A stretch of 63,792 nt of DNA, the filler included, from Octopus bimaculoides (taxonomy: Eukaryota), in assembly GCF_001194135.2 (NCBI RefSeq). It is 8 parts of 7 records of this genome, joined end to end, with 100 filler letters (N's around TTAATTAATTAA, not from the genome) between each part and the next. Parts side by side here need not be neighbours in the genome. Positions count along the whole stretch, not along the records: positions 62,348 to 63,792 come from NW_026396082.1; 7 more parts are not named here. One strand, given 5' to 3'. Below, piece after piece: positions 62,622 to 63,792 of this stretch (its first letter is position 1; each line of letters starts with the position of its first letter). The position numbers and the translations under genes were made by a program. The notes under the pieces are model-generated. The model did no database searches. It was not told the DNA's origin and worked only from the letters and a program-made list of their open reading frames with translations.

Positions 62622-63740
62622 TATATATATAAATAAAAAAATAAATAAATATGTATATAAGTAAATATATATATAAATAATAAATAAATAAAAATATACA
62701 TAAATAAATATATATATCAATAAAAAAAATGTATATAAGTAAATATATGTATAAATAATAAACAAAAATATAAATAAATAAATATATATATAAATAAAAA
62801 GAAATATATACATATATATAAATAAAAAAATAAATAAATAATAAATAACTAAAAATATAAATAAATAAATATATATATAAATAAAAATAAATGAATATGT
62901 ATATAAGTAAATATATATATACATAATAAATAAATAAATATGTATATAAGTAATATATATACATAAATAAATAAATATATATATAAAAATTAATTAAATA
63001 TATATATCAATAAAAAATAAATAAATATATATATAAATAAAAAAACATAAATAAATATATATAAATAAATATAAATATATATAAATAAATATATATATAT
63101 ATAAATATATATATATATAAAATAAATAAATAAATATATCAATAAATAAATGTATAAATACATAAATAAATACATAATTAAATAAATATATATATATAAA
63201 TAAAGAAATATCTATATAAATAAATAAATAAAAATATATATATATAAATAAGAAAATAAATATATATATCAATAAAAAATAAATAAATATATAATTAAAT
63301 AAATTAATAAATATATATAAATAAACACATAAATATATATATTTATTTATCTATTTATTTATTTATGTGTTTCAGCCAATTGGCTACAGTCATGCTGGTG
63401 CACCAAATAAATAAATATATATACTTATAAATAAAAATATATATATAAAGAAACAAAAAAATAAATAAATATATGTAAATAAATATATAAATAAATAAAT
63501 ATATATATAAATAAATATATATATATATATAAATAAATATATATATTAATAAATATATAAGTAAATAAATAGATATATAAATAAATATATATATATATAT
63601 TAATAGATATATATATTAATAAATATATAAATAAATAAATATATATATAAATAAATATATATATATATATTAATGAATATATATATAAATAAATAAAGAT
63701 GAATATATAAAAAATAAATTAAAAAATAAATAAATATATC
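62348..63740. repeat. AT-only low-complexity satellite (ATAA/ATAT mosaics)
   Basis: Seen directly. Confidence 0.9.
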
Positions 63741-63792
63741 GTTGACATACTACGACGAAGTCTCCAAGATGCTGATAAGATAGAGATTTTTA

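Overview
Eukaryotic, AT-rich, microsatellite- and retroposon-dense DNA with many N gaps. It is most consistent with an Octopus (cephalopod) draft assembly; this is an inference from the repeat landscape. Seven 100-bp gaps containing a TTAATTAATTAA six-frame-stop spacer split the window into eight separately assembled pieces. Three spliced genes were reconstructed by hand. (1) A minus-strand annexin (about 15,988-32,501) has a repeat-containing N-terminus, one complete four-repeat core, a linker, and the start of a second core with identical exon sizes. It is probably an eight-repeat (double-core) annexin joined through a GC-AG intron and cut off by a contig end. (2) The 3' half of a plus-strand nicotinic acetylcholine receptor alpha-type subunit (53,402-56,747) has an intact YxCC loop C but a strongly divergent M2 pore. 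(3) Two minus-strand exons belong to an RFX4-type transcription factor (59,526-61,320). The clearest non-coding signal is a well-formed type I hammerhead ribozyme on the minus strand (1,311-1,384); a second, degenerate one lies at 48,400-48,521. The rest is tRNA-derived SINEs, RTE LINE pieces (including a 66-bp minisatellite grown from the RTE 3' UTR), Penelope-like elements, an RLE-type retrotransposon remnant, Tc1/mariner, hAT and piggyBac-like MITEs, a Helitron-like end and two long palindromes. Most ORFs in the supplied track are microsatellite or gap artefacts.
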